A DNA stretch of 64,000 nucleotides from an uncultured Solirubrobacteraceae bacterium (GTDB taxonomy: Bacteria; Actinomycetota; Thermoleophilia; Solirubrobacterales; Solirubrobacteraceae). The stretch is taken from NCBI GenBank assembly GCA_963808675.1, contig CAWEGS010000007.1:457760-521759 (forward strand). The letters are read 5' to 3'. Position 1 is the first letter of the stretch, and every line of letters starts with the position of its first letter. The translations under genes and the position numbers were made by a program. Positions 38,843 through 49,846 of this stretch are shown here, one piece after another. Below the pieces are notes generated by a model that was not told the DNA's origin, made no database searches, and saw only the letters and a list, made by a program, of their open reading frames with translations.

Positions 38843-39229
38843 ATGTCCAACGTCGCCACCAACCGACCGGCCGAGACGGCAACCGGCTTGACCGGGGCGG
38901 TCGTTGCGATCCTCGTCGCCACCACGCACTTGAGCACGAGCCTGGCCACTGCGCTCGTGGTCGTCGTCGGCGCCCTGCCCGGCCTGATCACCGCGATCGT
39001 CACCGCCACCCGGTCGACGGCCGCCGGAGTGACGCTCGTATCGCTCACGCCCAAGGTCACCGCGCTCGCCGACAGCGCGCTCGACGCCGGAATCGCCCAG
39101 GGGTCGCCGACCGACAAGACCGCCACGCTGAAGGGCGTCACCGACGCGATGGCGTCCTGGACCCAGGTGCTGAGCGCCGAGTCCGGGACGAGCGCCTCGG
39201 CGAAGCAGACGGCGGCGGGCGGCTCTTAG
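38843..39229 (+). CDS. Small membrane protein (hypothetical)
   Basis: Two short hydrophobic helices; GAGGGG RBS. Confidence 0.6.
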   Translation: MSNVATNRPAETATGLTGAVVAILVATTHLSTSLATALVVVVGALPGLITAIVTATRSTAAGVTLVSLTPKVTALADSALDAGIAQGSPTDKTATLKGVTDAMASWTQVLSAESGTSASAKQTAAGGS

Positions 39230-39270
39230 TCCGCGCAGACGGCCACCGGCGACCTGCGAGCATTGGGCGC

Positions 39271-40413
39271 GTGGAGCTCCCCGCCGCCTACGCGTCACTG
39301 ACCCGCGAGATCGATGAGCTGCTGCCCGACGGCGCGGTCGTCGTCGACGCCCACACTCACCTCGGCCATGACGAGGACGGCCAGCAGCTCAGCCTCGCCG
39401 GCCTGATCGAGATGCTCGACCAGGTCGGGCCCTACGCCCGGGCATGCACGTTCCCGCTCCACGACCCGGAGCGTGCCCCGGCGTACCGGGTGCCGAACGA
39501 CCGCGTGCTCGCGTGGACGCGCGAGTCCGACGGCCGCCTCTACCCGTACTGCCGGCTCGATCCGGCCGACGGGCCGGTGGCCGAAGCCGAGCGCTGCCTG
39601 GCCAACGGAGCGCGCGGGATCAAGCTGCATCCGAGGGCGCAGGGATTCGGGTTCGACAGCGACGCCGCGGAGTCGATCTGGAAGGTGGCCGGCGAGGCGA
39701 AGGTCCCGGTCCTCATCCACGCCGGCCGCGGGATGCCGCGGATGGATCCGCTCGCCGATCTCGCGCTGCGCCACCCCGACGTCGTGCTCGTGCTCGCCCA
39801 CGCCGCGATCGCCGACCAGGGGATGTTCGCCAGCCGCCTGCACGGCCACCCGAACATCCTCTACGACACCTCGACCTTCTCCGTGTTCGACCAGCTCGAG
39901 CTGTTCGCCCGTGTCCCGGCCGAGCGGATCGTGTTCGCCTCCGACGCTCCCTACGGCCGGCCGATCGGAGCGCTGCACGTGGCGGTGCGGATGGCCGCCT
40001 ACGCCGGGCTCGACGAGGCCGACCGCACCCGGCTCGTCGGCGGCACGATGCTCGACGCGCTCGAGGGTCGGCCGCTGGCCGACCCGCGGCCCCCGCGGGT
40101 TCCCGAGATCCGCCGCGTGAGCGGACGGCTGGCCCGCGTCAACGGCTACCTGATGATGGCCTTCGCCGCGGCGATGGGAGCCGGCCCGCCACCCGATTTC
40201 ACCCGCAGCCTGCAGTTCATCAACCTCGCGCGAGCGGTGTGCCGCGACCCGGACCCGGGCGCGGTGGGGCCGGCGATCGAGCGCATCGACGGGATGCTGT
40301 CGGCCGCCGAGACGATGGTCGACGCGGGCGGCGAGCAGGTCCGGGCCGCCGTCGGGCTGGTGATGGCGGCCGGCGTAATCGCGGCGACGGAGCCGCTGCC
40401 CGCCGGCGATTGA
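39271..40413 (+). CDS. Amidohydrolase_2 family protein with helical C-terminal extension
   Basis: DAHTH, GIKLHP, IHAG, LAH, FASDAPYG. Confidence 0.9.
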   Translation: MELPAAYASLTREIDELLPDGAVVVDAHTHLGHDEDGQQLSLAGLIEMLDQVGPYARACTFPLHDPERAPAYRVPNDRVLAWTRESDGRLYPYCRLDPADGPVAEAERCLANGARGIKLHPRAQGFGFDSDAAESIWKVAGEAKVPVLIHAGRGMPRMDPLADLALRHPDVVLVLAHAAIADQGMFASRLHGHPNILYDTSTFSVFDQLELFARVPAERIVFASDAPYGRPIGALHVAVRMAAYAGLDEADRTRLVGGTMLDALEGRPLADPRPPRVPEIRRVSGRLARVNGYLMMAFAAAMGAGPPPDFTRSLQFINLARAVCRDPDPGAVGPAIERIDGMLSAAETMVDAGGEQVRAAVGLVMAAGVIAATEPLPAGD

Positions 40414-40515
40414 TCAAGGCGCCGTCCGCGCTTCGATGTAAACCGCGCGTGAACGCCGACGTAAATGGTTCGTCAACGGCTGTAACGAGCGCGCGCGCGA
40501 GGGTTTGTTGAAGGT

Positions 40516-41628
40516 GTGAAGACCGGTTTTCTCCAGCTTGCCCGCCAGCGAGTGCACGGACACCTCTGGCCGATCCTGCAGACGGCCGTGGCCGCCGTGC
40601 TCGCCTGGTACATCGCGGTGCTGCTCGGCGTCGAGCACCGGCCGGCGTTCGCGTCGATCGCCGCGGTCATCTCGCTCGGGGCGGCGTTCGGCGAGCGGCG
40701 CAAGCGCGCGGTGCAGCTCGTCGCCGGGGTGATGCTCGGGATCGTCCTCGCCGACCTGCTCCTCCGGACGACTGGCAGCGGCCTGCCCCAGATCGGGTTG
40801 CTGGTCCTGCTGGCGATGCTCGCGGCGACGATCCTCGGGGGCACCGAGCTGCTGGTGACCGAGGCGGCGGTGTCAGCGATCCTCGTCGCCACCCTGTCCT
40901 CGACGCCCGAGGTCCGGATCCTCGACGTGCTGATCGGCGGCGGCGTCGCGCTCGCCGTCAACACCCTGCTGTTCCCGCCCGACCCCGTCGTCGGAGTCGT
41001 CCGCGCCGGGGTCGCCGCGTTCGGCGAGCTCGGGGTGGCGCTGAGCGAGGCCGCCACGGCCCTGGCGAGCGGTGATGTGGAGCGGGCCGAGTCCGCCGTC
41101 CGTGCGGCCGAGACGTCCGAGAGCCGCATCGCCGAGATGCGCCACGCGGTGCTGATCGGCGGCGACACCGCCCACTGGGCGCCGCTCCGGCGCACCTCAC
41201 GCGCCCAGCTCGATCGCTTCGCCCGAACCGTTCAGCGCGCCGACGTCGCCGCGCGCAGCACCCGCGGCCTGACGCGCAACGTCCTCATCCACGTCCGAAG
41301 CGGGCGTCCACTCCAGCCCGAGCTGGCCGAGGCCGTGCGCCAGCTGGGGTCCGCCGTGTGGGACCTGCCCGGGCAGTTCGAGGAGCCCTGGCGCAGCGGG
41401 GACATCATGCAGCTCGCCCTGCAGGCGGCCGGCCGGGCGACCGCGGCCGCCTCCGGCGCCGACCTGTCGGTCACCGAGATGGCCGGCCAGGTGCGCTCGC
41501 TGGCGATCGACATCGTCAAGACCTCCGAGGCGACCGAGACCGCCCAGAGTCCGTTCACCGAGGCGCCGACCGAGGAGCTCCTCGCCTCACTGCCAGTGCC
41601 GGCGGCGCCGGCACCGGCGACGCCTTAG
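40516..41628 (+). CDS. FUSC / aromatic acid exporter family membrane protein
   Basis: LQTAVAAVLAW, PAFASIAAVISLG, EAAVSAIL, followed by a helical cytoplasmic domain. Confidence 0.85.
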   Translation: MKTGFLQLARQRVHGHLWPILQTAVAAVLAWYIAVLLGVEHRPAFASIAAVISLGAAFGERRKRAVQLVAGVMLGIVLADLLLRTTGSGLPQIGLLVLLAMLAATILGGTELLVTEAAVSAILVATLSSTPEVRILDVLIGGGVALAVNTLLFPPDPVVGVVRAGVAAFGELGVALSEAATALASGDVERAESAVRAAETSESRIAEMRHAVLIGGDTAHWAPLRRTSRAQLDRFARTVQRADVAARSTRGLTRNVLIHVRSGRPLQPELAEAVRQLGSAVWDLPGQFEEPWRSGDIMQLALQAAGRATAAASGADLSVTEMAGQVRSLAIDIVKTSEATETAQSPFTEAPTEELLASLPVPAAPAPATP

Positions 41629-41653
41629 GCCTGCTCCGGCTCCGATCGCCTCC

Positions 41654-42502
41654 CTACACCCCCGCGTTCGGAAACCCGTTGAACGGGTCATCGCTCGTGA
41701 CCCCGCCGGCCAAGCCGTTGACGGCGTCCGAGAACGATTGCCACGCGGTCCCGGGGGCGTTGCCGCTGAGCTCGCCGTAGACCGCGGCGAGCGTGCCCGC
41801 GTCGCCGAGCGCGACCATCTTCGTCGCGATCTCCGGGAGCGTGTGACTCTGGCTGAGCAGCCACGAGAGGAACGCCATGCCGCAGCCTGTGCTGTCGGGG
41901 CTCTGGTCGGTCTGGTCGGTCTGGTCGACCCAGTTCGGCATTCCGTCCTGGAACCATTGCGGCGCGGTGGCGAAGTCCGACAGGGCGTTCGAGCCGACGA
42001 CCGCCGCGCACCAGCGCGACAGGGCCTCGCCCGTGCTGAAGCCGCACAGGCTGCCGTTCATCGCGCACTCGCTCAGCTCCGCCTCGAACAGGGCGAGCAT
42101 CCGGTTCGCGTTGCCGAACGAAGCGTCGACCTCGATCGCGTTGCCGGTCGTGAAGTCGCAGCCGCCGTGGTCGGCGCCGCCGGTGCCATCGGTGGCGCCG
42201 TTGAGCGCGAACACGATCACGTCGACGGCCCCGCCGGTGATAGCGAAGATCGCGTTGTTCTTCTGCACGACGCCGTCCGCGCCCGCGAGCAGATCGTTGG
42301 CGCTGTGGAGTCCCTGCGCGCCGAGCGAGGGATCGACGTACACGGTCACGCCGCTGCTGCTGGTGCCGACCTTCTGCGCCGTGCCCGTGTAGCTCGGCCA
42401 CGCCGGACCGGCGCCGGCCGTCCGGGCGCCGGGTTGCATGGCCCGCCGGCGGGGGAGGCGCAACGGCTGATTGATCGGAGCGAGACGGTCAGGGCTGCTC
42501 AT
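41654..42502 (-). CDS. Hypothetical protein (acidic, Gly/Cys-containing)
   Basis: 282-aa ORF with strong codon bias; GGAGG RBS. Confidence 0.75.
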   Translation of the reverse strand: MSSPDRLAPINQPLRLPRRRAMQPGARTAGAGPAWPSYTGTAQKVGTSSSGVTVYVDPSLGAQGLHSANDLLAGADGVVQKNNAIFAITGGAVDVIVFALNGATDGTGGADHGGCDFTTGNAIEVDASFGNANRMLALFEAELSECAMNGSLCGFSTGEALSRWCAAVVGSNALSDFATAPQWFQDGMPNWVDQTDQTDQSPDSTGCGMAFLSWLLSQSHTLPEIATKMVALGDAGTLAAVYGELSGNAPGTAWQSFSDAVNGLAGGVTSDDPFNGFPNAGV

Positions 42503-42841
42503 GCCGAGGCCTCCAGGTTGAGTCCGTGGGTGTCCGAGCCGGTCCCGCGCGTCGATTCTACGGCCGGCGATCAGGGCCGCCCGATCTTTCCCCTGCCGTG
42601 CAGGTATCAGGCCGAGAACGCCTCGTCCTCGACCTCGATCTCGAACTCGCCGGGGCGCCCCACCATCGCGGGGTAGGTCGCGGCGAACGCGCCGAGGCTC
42701 GTGTCCAGCGGACCGGGGTGCTCCGCGACCCCGCGCAGGACGGCGGCCCGCCCGGCGTCTATCGCCGTGCGGGCCGCTGGTGCGTCGCCCCCTATCGCTT
42801 CCGGCGGCCGTTCAGGTTCGTGCCCCCGTGTGAGAGTGTGG

Positions 42842-43171
42842 CTAGCCGAACTTCACCTGGCAGCTCTGGATCTTGCCCGCGTCGGTGCCGGCGGCCTGCA
42901 CGCAGGCGGTCAGCTTCGCGGCCTTGCTGAGCTGCGTGTTGGCGGTCGAGACGGCGGCGGCGGCCTGCCCGTTCGACTGGGCGCCCGCTGCGTTGATCTG
43001 CTTCTTGGCCTGGCTGATGACCTGCTGGCTCTGCTGCAGGCCGGACTTCAGGGCCTGGTTGGCGGTGTCGCTGTTCGGCTTGATCACCGTGAAGTAGAGC
43101 ACGCCGAAGATCGCGAGCGAGGCGGCCATTCCGGCCAGCCAGAGACGCCAATTGCCAGTGACGAGGACCAT
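42842..43171 (-). CDS. Small membrane-anchored extracytoplasmic helical protein with a C-terminal Cys pair
   Basis: AAGGAG RBS, one TM helix, Q/A-rich helix, C..C. Confidence 0.75.
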   Translation of the reverse strand: MVLVTGNWRLWLAGMAASLAIFGVLYFTVIKPNSDTANQALKSGLQQSQQVISQAKKQINAAGAQSNGQAAAAVSTANTQLSKAAKLTACVQAAGTDAGKIQSCQVKFG

Positions 43172-43274
43172 GATTACTCCTTGTGTTTGTGATGTTGTGA
43201 TGGGTTGGGTTGGTGGTTGTGACTTGCGTTTCATGGCGCCGTGAGACGCCGTTCAGAGGTTCAGTAGCCGCCCA

Positions 43275-43935
43275 TTACGCGGCTGTCGTTGAGGCCTTGG
43301 CGAGCGCCGCCGGCCAGTCGATCGCGAGCTCGCGATCGTCGCCGCCGGGCATCCGCCGGGCAGGTACGTGGTTGCCCGGGTAGAGCAGCGGGAGGGCTGC
43401 CGCCGGGACGGGATTGCCGACCTGGATCCGGTATGGAGGGCCGACCGTCGGCCATCACCGTGAGCAGGAACGCGTACATGTCGTCGCCCTTCGGGTTGCG
43501 CATGCCGAGCGGCTGCGTCTCGACGATCACGGCCGTGCACGGCTCGCCGTACTCGAGGATGCGGGCCGCCGATCCGGTCTTCGGATCGCCCGGCGTGGCC
43601 GCGATCGTCACCACCGGCGGCTGCTCGCCGAGCGACAGCGCGATCCGGCTGTGGTCCTGCTGGTCGACCCGGACGGCGACGGTCGCCCCCGGCATCATCA
43701 GCTGCGGGAGGATCGTCGCCCGAACCGCCTGGCGGCAGGTGGCGGTGTACCGCGGCTCGTTGTCGAGCGCCACCTCGACCGTGAACACGCATACGTGGGC
43801 CGGATCGAAGTCGGCGCCGGTGCTGACCGACGTCTGCTGGACGCTGACGATGATCCCGCGGCCCAGGAGCCCGCCCTCCAGCAGCTCCTTCGGTACCGAC
43901 CCGGTCAGGTTGCGCATCTTGTTCAGAAACCCCAT
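43275..43935 (-). CDS. Hypothetical protein with two tandem OB-like domains, frameshifted near 43430
   Basis: An internal repeat (I...Q.......F...V......Y..........L.PG..V..R......AI/L) occurs twice; CAGGAGG RBS. Confidence 0.7.
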
Positions 43936-43992
43936 CTACTTGCCCTCCTGGAAGAACCCGGTGAGTTGATGGACCGCAGCCTGAGGGGCGGC

Positions 43993-44021
43993 GCCGAAGC
44001 CGGACCAAAGAACCACCAAAG
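43993..44021 (-). promoter_or_regulatory. SARP-type heptamer direct repeats at 11-bp spacing
   Basis: Plus-strand GCCGAAG (43993), ACCAAAG (44004), ACCAAAG (44015); on the minus strand they are followed 9 nt later by CAGGCT. Confidence 0.6.
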
Positions 44022-44066
44022 GCCGGCATTTGGCGCCTGGGGGATCGGCGTTTACCCTTGGCTTAG

Positions 44067-46976
44067 GTGGCCGAGGGCGTAAGCCGTTTTGGGGTATTGG
44101 GTCCGCTCGTGCTCGAGCGGGAGGGTCGGCTCGTGCCGTTGCCGAGCGGACGCCAGCGTTCGTTGCTGGCGCTGCTGTTGCAGGGCGGTGGCGTACCGCT
44201 GTCGCGCGACCGGCTGATCGACGAGCTGTGGGGCGAGCACCCGCCGGCCAGCGCGGTCTCGGCCCTGCACGTCCACCTGTCGAAGCTCCGCGGCCTGCTC
44301 GGCGGACTGCTCGTGCTCGAGGCGGCGGGATATGCGCTCGAGGCCGGTGCGTTCGAGCTCGACGTGTGGCGCTTCGATGCGCTCGTCGAGCAGGCGCGGG
44401 CCGAGCCCGAGCGCGCGGTGGAGCTGCTCGGCGAGGCGCTCGGCCTGTTCCGCGGCGAACCGCTTGGCGACGTCGAGTCCGAGCGGAGTGTCGCCCAGTG
44501 GCGCCGCGCGCTCGAGGAGAAGCGCCTGCAGGCGATTTTGCTCCGCGTCGATGCCCGGCTGGCTGCGGGCGAGGCGGGGGCGCTGGTGGGTGAGCTCGAG
44601 GGGCTGGCGGCCCAGCACCCGTTCGAGGAGCGGCTGTGGGGGCAGCTGATGCTCGCGCTGTACCGGGCCGGCCGGCAGGCCGAGGCGCTCGAGACCTATC
44701 AGCGCGTGCGCCGGCTGTTCGCGCTCGAGCTCGGGCTCGAGCCCGGCGACCCGCTCGCCCGCATCCAGCAGCGGATCCTCGACCGCGATCCCGCGCTGCT
44801 CCCGCCGCAGCCCGAGCCGCCCGCGGCCGACGCCGCGGCCGATGCCGCGACCGACGCCGCGACCCAAACCGCGACGGCCGCCGTGGCGCCGCCAGAGCCC
44901 GAGCCGTCCCCGGCCGTCCGCGCCTCGAACCTGCCCCGTCCGCTCACCCGCCTGATCGGACGCGAGCGCGAGCTCGACGCGCTCGCCGAGCTGCTGTTCG
45001 ACCCCGACGTCCGGCTCATCACGCTGATCGGGCCCGGCGGGGTCGGGAAGACGCGTCTCTTGATCGAGCTCGCCCAGCGCCGGGAGCCCGAGTATGCCGA
45101 CGGCGCGGTGTTCGTCCGCCTCGAGAAGGTGACCGACGCCGCGCTCGTCGCCTCGGAGATCGCCGCCGCCATCGCCCAGCGCGACCGCAGCGACGGACCG
45201 AGCGCAGACGGCCTCGCCGCCCACCTGCGCGACCGCGAGCTGCTGCTGGCCGTCGACAACTTCGAGCACCTGCTCGACGCCGCGGCGCTGATCGCCGAGC
45301 TGCTGGCCGACGCGCCGATGCTGCGCGTACTCGTCTCGAGCCGGACCGCGCTGCGGATCCGCGGCGAGCAGACCTACGACGTCGAGCCGCTCGGCCTCCC
45401 CGCCGGCGACACCGACAGTGAGGTGTCGCAGAGCCCGGCCGTGCAGCTGTTTCTCCAGTGCGCGCTGTCGGCCAACCGCCGGCTCCAGCTCGACGCCACC
45501 ACCGCCCGCAACGCCGCCCGCGTGTGCCAGGCGCTCGATGGCCTGCCGCTCGCAATCGAGCTCGCCGCCTCCCGGTCGCAGTCGCTCAGCACGATCCGGA
45601 TCGCCGAGCAGCTCGAGCGCCCGCTGCAGATAGGCGAGCACGCGCTCCGCGACCTGCCCGATCGTCAGCAGACCCTGCAGGCGACGATCCGCTGGAGCTA
45701 CGACCTGCTGAGCCCCGAGGCCCAGCGCGTGCTGCGCTGCGCGGCGGTGTTCCTCGGGGGGTTCACGCTGCCCGCGCTCGAGGCCGTCGCCGGCGGACGA
45801 GTCCGCGCCGAGCTCGACGAGCTGCTCGACGCGAGCCTCGTGCGCCGCCAGACATTCGCCGGTCGGGGCGAGCTGCTCGAGCTCGTACGGGCGTTCGCGC
45901 TCGACGAGCTCGGCTCCGGCGCCGACGCCGAGCGGGCCCGGGCGCGGCACCGGCGCTACTTCGCGGAGTTCGTCGGTACGGCGGCCCAGAAGTTCGACGA
46001 GGGCGAGAGTCCGGCCGAGCTCGCCGCGCCCATGCTCGCTGACCACGCCAACCTGCGGGCCGCGCTCGAGGGCGCGATCGACGCCGGCGACGAGCAGTCA
46101 GCGCTGTCGCTGGCGCTCGGATTGCGCCCGCTGTGGATCGCCGGCATGGTCCGCCAGGAGGGCCAGGAGCTGACCAACCGCCTGCTCGAGCGGTTCGCGA
46201 TCCCCGGCGACCGCGAGGTGGCGCTGCTCCGCGCGGCCGCGTTCCTCGACTACAGCCCCGACGCCAAGGCGTGGCACCGCCGGCTGGCCGCGCGCGCGGC
46301 CGAGATCGGCGACCAGGAGGCACTGGCGATGGCGACCGGCAACCTGTTCGGTCAGGCTCTCAACGTGCGCGACCGCGACGAGATGCGGCGGATGCGCCCG
46401 GACCTGCTCGCGCTGATCACTCCCGAGGCGAGCCCGCGGACGATCGGGTGGATGCACTATTTCCTCGCGCTGGACGCGTACGTCGAGACGAGCTTCGAGG
46501 CGGCCGCCGAGCACGCAGCCCAGAGCGCCGCGAACGCGCAGCTGGCCGGCCACGAGTTCCTGTTCGCGAGCGCGATCGCCACCCGGCTGCTGGCAGCGTC
46601 GGCGCGCGCCGGGGCGATCACGCAGCCCGAGCTGCTCGAGGTGGCCGCCACGATGCGCCGGCCGGGCGTGCAGCCCATGTCGGCGTTCGCGCTGTGGTTC
46701 ATCGCCCGCTACGCGGCCGAGCTCGCCCCGGACACGGCGGAGCGCTGCCTCGCCCACGCCGACCGGATCGTCGCCGCGCTCGACTCCGAGCTGTGGCCCG
46801 AATGCGTGCTGCGCGACGAGGCGCTGGCGATCCTCGGGATCGCCGACATGCAGGCCGCTCTGGAGCGGACGCCGCCCGCCGACCACGCCGCCGCGCTCGA
46901 CGAGGCGATCGCGTGGCTGGCTGCGCGGGACGCGGCCGAGGTCGCCTCGCGCGAGGTCGTGCAGCTCACGGTCTGA
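44067..46976 (+). CDS. AfsR/SARP-like regulator (wHTH + BTAD + P-loop ATPase + helical repeats)
   Basis: [62 protein letters not shown]. Confidence 0.93.
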   Translation: MAEGVSRFGVLGPLVLEREGRLVPLPSGRQRSLLALLLQGGGVPLSRDRLIDELWGEHPPASAVSALHVHLSKLRGLLGGLLVLEAAGYALEAGAFELDVWRFDALVEQARAEPERAVELLGEALGLFRGEPLGDVESERSVAQWRRALEEKRLQAILLRVDARLAAGEAGALVGELEGLAAQHPFEERLWGQLMLALYRAGRQAEALETYQRVRRLFALELGLEPGDPLARIQQRILDRDPALLPPQPEPPAADAAADAATDAATQTATAAVAPPEPEPSPAVRASNLPRPLTRLIGRERELDALAELLFDPDVRLITLIGPGGVGKTRLLIELAQRREPEYADGAVFVRLEKVTDAALVASEIAAAIAQRDRSDGPSADGLAAHLRDRELLLAVDNFEHLLDAAALIAELLADAPMLRVLVSSRTALRIRGEQTYDVEPLGLPAGDTDSEVSQSPAVQLFLQCALSANRRLQLDATTARNAARVCQALDGLPLAIELAASRSQSLSTIRIAEQLERPLQIGEHALRDLPDRQQTLQATIRWSYDLLSPEAQRVLRCAAVFLGGFTLPALEAVAGGRVRAELDELLDASLVRRQTFAGRGELLELVRAFALDELGSGADAERARARHRRYFAEFVGTAAQKFDEGESPAELAAPMLADHANLRAALEGAIDAGDEQSALSLALGLRPLWIAGMVRQEGQELTNRLLERFAIPGDREVALLRAAAFLDYSPDAKAWHRRLAARAAEIGDQEALAMATGNLFGQALNVRDRDEMRRMRPDLLALITPEASPRTIGWMHYFLALDAYVETSFEAAAEHAAQSAANAQLAGHEFLFASAIATRLLAASARAGAITQPELLEVAATMRRPGVQPMSAFALWFIARYAAELAPDTAERCLAHADRIVAALDSELWPECVLRDEALAILGIADMQAALERTPPADHAAALDEAIAWLAARDAAEVASREVVQLTV

Positions 46977-47018
46977 GCCGCGAGCGCACAAACGTCTGAG
47001 CGACGAGCGCGCAGAGCA

Positions 47019-47054
47019 AGAGCCCGCCGGCACCCGAAGGCACCGGCGGGCTCT
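47019..47054. terminator. Hairpin between convergent genes
   Basis: AGAGCCCGCCGG / CCGGCGGGCTCT, a perfect 12-bp stem. Confidence 0.65.
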
Positions 47055-47074
47055 CGGTCACTCAGTCGGGCGAG

Positions 47075-49644
47075 TTATCCGAATGGGATCCGCCACACCC
47101 CGCGGCCGTGGGTGGCCGCATAGATGTAGCCGTTCGGCCCGGGGGTGACGTCGTTGACCGAGGCGTTCGGCAGACCGGCGCCGAGCCGCGACCAGCTGGT
47201 CAAGGTCCCCTGGCCCTCCTGTGCGGTGTACATCCCGGCGTCGGTGGCCAATGCGAGCTGGCCGCTGCGCAGGACGAGCGCGTCGGAGGCGATGTCGGGC
47301 AGGTTCCCGGAGATGTCCGTCCAGGACTGCCCACCGTTCGTCGTCTCGAACACGTGCCCGATTCCGCCGCCCGGGACCCAACGGCGCGAATAGCCGTTGA
47401 AGATCGCGTAGGCGTGAGCCGGGTTGCTCGGGTCGGCCGTGATGCCGGCGATGAACCGCTCCGGCAGGCCCGACGTGCTCACCTGGTGCCACTTGCCGCC
47501 GTAGTTGGTGACGATCCCGCGATCGAACGCGGGCCCGGGTTACCGCCGCCGCCGACCCATCCGGCGTAGACGATCCCGCCGTTGTTGGCGGAGCTCACCG
47601 CGGTCACGGCGTGGCCGGCGCCGGTGTCGAACTCGTTCTTCCACGAGCACGTGGCGTTGTTGCACACCGTGTTCCAGCCCGCCTTGGTGATCCACACGAA
47701 CTCGCCGCCGGTCACCCAGGTGTTGGTGTTCTGCCGATCCTGGCTGAGCGGGGTGACGAACCGTGCGTTCGGATCGCAATCCGGACGTGGGCCGCCCTTG
47801 AGCGGGATGATCTCCTGCGCCGCGCACGTCGGGCTGACGTGCTCGAACAGCGACTTGCCCGCGTTCGTCGAGCGATACATCGTGCCGTCGGTGTACTCGC
47901 CGACCATCCGGCGGGCGTCGGCCGGGTCGACGACGACGTCGAAGCCGTCCCCGCCCATCGTCTCGATCATCTGCGACGCCCCGCTGGGCAGCCACGAGGT
48001 GCCGTTGTCCTGCAGCCCGCCCCACAGTCCGAAGCCGCCGCCGGTGAGCTTGCCGGCGCGACTGTCGTAGTACTGCCACGATGCCAACGTCGCGTTGAGG
48101 TCCGACCAGTCGCCGTACTGCTGGACATCGGACAGCGGCCGGCTGTAGTTGCCGCCGTCGTTGCCGATGACGATCTTGCTGTCGGCGATCATCATCGCGT
48201 GCTGGTCGGGGTGGGTCGTGTTCGGGCACCCACCCGGCTGGCTGTTGCAGGCCAGTCCGTAGTTCCAGTACGGGACTCGCCGTCACCCACGATTGACCGC
48301 CGTTGGTGGACTCGAAGACCTCCTCGAGGCCGGCGTAGAGGTGGTTGTGATCGGTCGGATCGACCGCCAGATCCTGGTTGTACCAGGCCTGGACGCCGAC
48401 GCCGTAGCCCGAGCCCATGGGCAGGGCGGAGCCCGAGTTCGCGAGCTTCTGCTCGCTGGCGATCTTCGTCCAGGGGCCGGCGACGCTGGCCGGCGATCCG
48501 GAGGACGAGTAGATCCCCAGCAGCACCGACTCCTTGCCCTCGGCGAGCGCCGGACAGGGACTGGACGATCGCGTACAGCCGCTTGCCGTCCGCCGAGTAG
48601 GCGAACGTCGTGCGGCCGATGTCGGAGTTGTCGATCGGCACCCGTCGGCGTGACCTTCTGGAACGACATTCCGCCGTCGGTCGACTGGTAGAAGCCGTTG
48701 TTCTCGGTGTTGCCTGGACCGTGCCAGCCAATCGCGGCGATCACCTGCTGGCCGTTGGAGCCTGGGACGACCGCGACGCTCGTGACCTGCTGGTCATACG
48801 GCGGGTTGTCGTTCGGGCCGGCGGGATCGAGGACCTCGGTCCACGTGTTCGAGCCGCGCTGCCATGCGGAACAGGCCGTTGTCGGTCGCCGCGTACGCGT
48901 TGCCGGCCGGGTCGAATTCGACCTTGAAGACGGTCTTCGAGACGAGCGGGTTGCTGCCGCCCGCGGCGTCGCCGACGCGCTGGAAGGTGGCGCCGTCGTC
49001 GGTCGAGCGGTACACGCCGGTACCCGCGTAGGAGTCGGAGCTGAGGTTGGCCTCGCCGGTGCCGACCCACACCGAGCCGTCGGTCGGGTTGACGCTCACG
49101 GCGCCGATCGACAGCGTCGGCATCTGGTCGAACACCGGCGTCCACTTCTGTCCCTGATCGGTCGAGCGCCACACGCCGCCGTCAGCGGTCCCGGCGAACC
49201 AGGCCCCGTCGGGGCTCTGCGCGAGCGCCGTCGTGCGGCCCCCGACGAGCGAGAACCCGGATGCGGTTTGCCGAAGTTCGGGTCCGTGTAGCCGGGGGCC
49301 ACCGTTGTAGGGCTTGTTCGTCGCCAGCTGCCAGCGCCGCCGGTGAGCGGCAGGGTCGAGGCCTGCTGCTGGGCGGCGACGAGCGCCGATCCGGATACGA
49401 ACGCCGCCGGTGCGGTGCGCTCGTGATCGTACGCAGCCTGCGAGTCGGCGAGGTCGCCGTCGTCTGGCGTATGGCTCGGCGAGTCGGTGTTCCGACCCTT
49501 CGCCGTTGTGAATCTGAGCAGATTGTGCTGGCGCAGGGCTGCTCCGTGTAGCCGTGGCGCAGCGCCGGCGCCGGCCGGGGCCAAGAGCCCTACCAGGCCG
49601 CCGACGATGACGGGTCCCAGGACCCGCCGGATCGATCGCGTCAT
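47075..49644 (-). CDS. Large secreted BNR/Asp-box beta-propeller protein (VPS10/GH74-like) with several frameshifts
   Basis: Signal peptide; many S/T-T-D/N-G-G-x-x-W/F Asp-boxes; VGTGE, QAWYN, GGLQDNG, GGDG; C-terminal AATHGRGVW. Confidence 0.85.
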
Positions 49645-49846
49645 GCTTCTCCTCCTGCCGGAATTGACGGGCCGCCCCAACGCGACTCCGTCCCGTTGGT
49701 CACGAACTCGGTGCTCGGGTCGCGACCTACGGCAAGCTAACACTTCCGTCCGAAACGCGACTCACGTCCCCGATGGAGCGTTTAACCGGTTCGTTGGCCA
49801 GCCCGCACGGTGTCCGCCGGCCCTCGCTGCGCATTAGGATGCCCCC

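Noticed and set aside
38843-39229. Phage holin or prophage remnant
   Set aside because: The two short TM helices are holin-like, but there is no endolysin or other phage gene nearby.
42607-42790. Short minus-strand coding-like stretch ending EFEIEVEDEAFSA
   Set aside because: No clear start codon, RBS or family motif; at most a gene remnant.
47075-49644. Programmed frameshifting or a multi-gene operon
   Set aside because: The fragments join into one beta-propeller protein and I saw no slippery-site pattern; indel errors are simpler.
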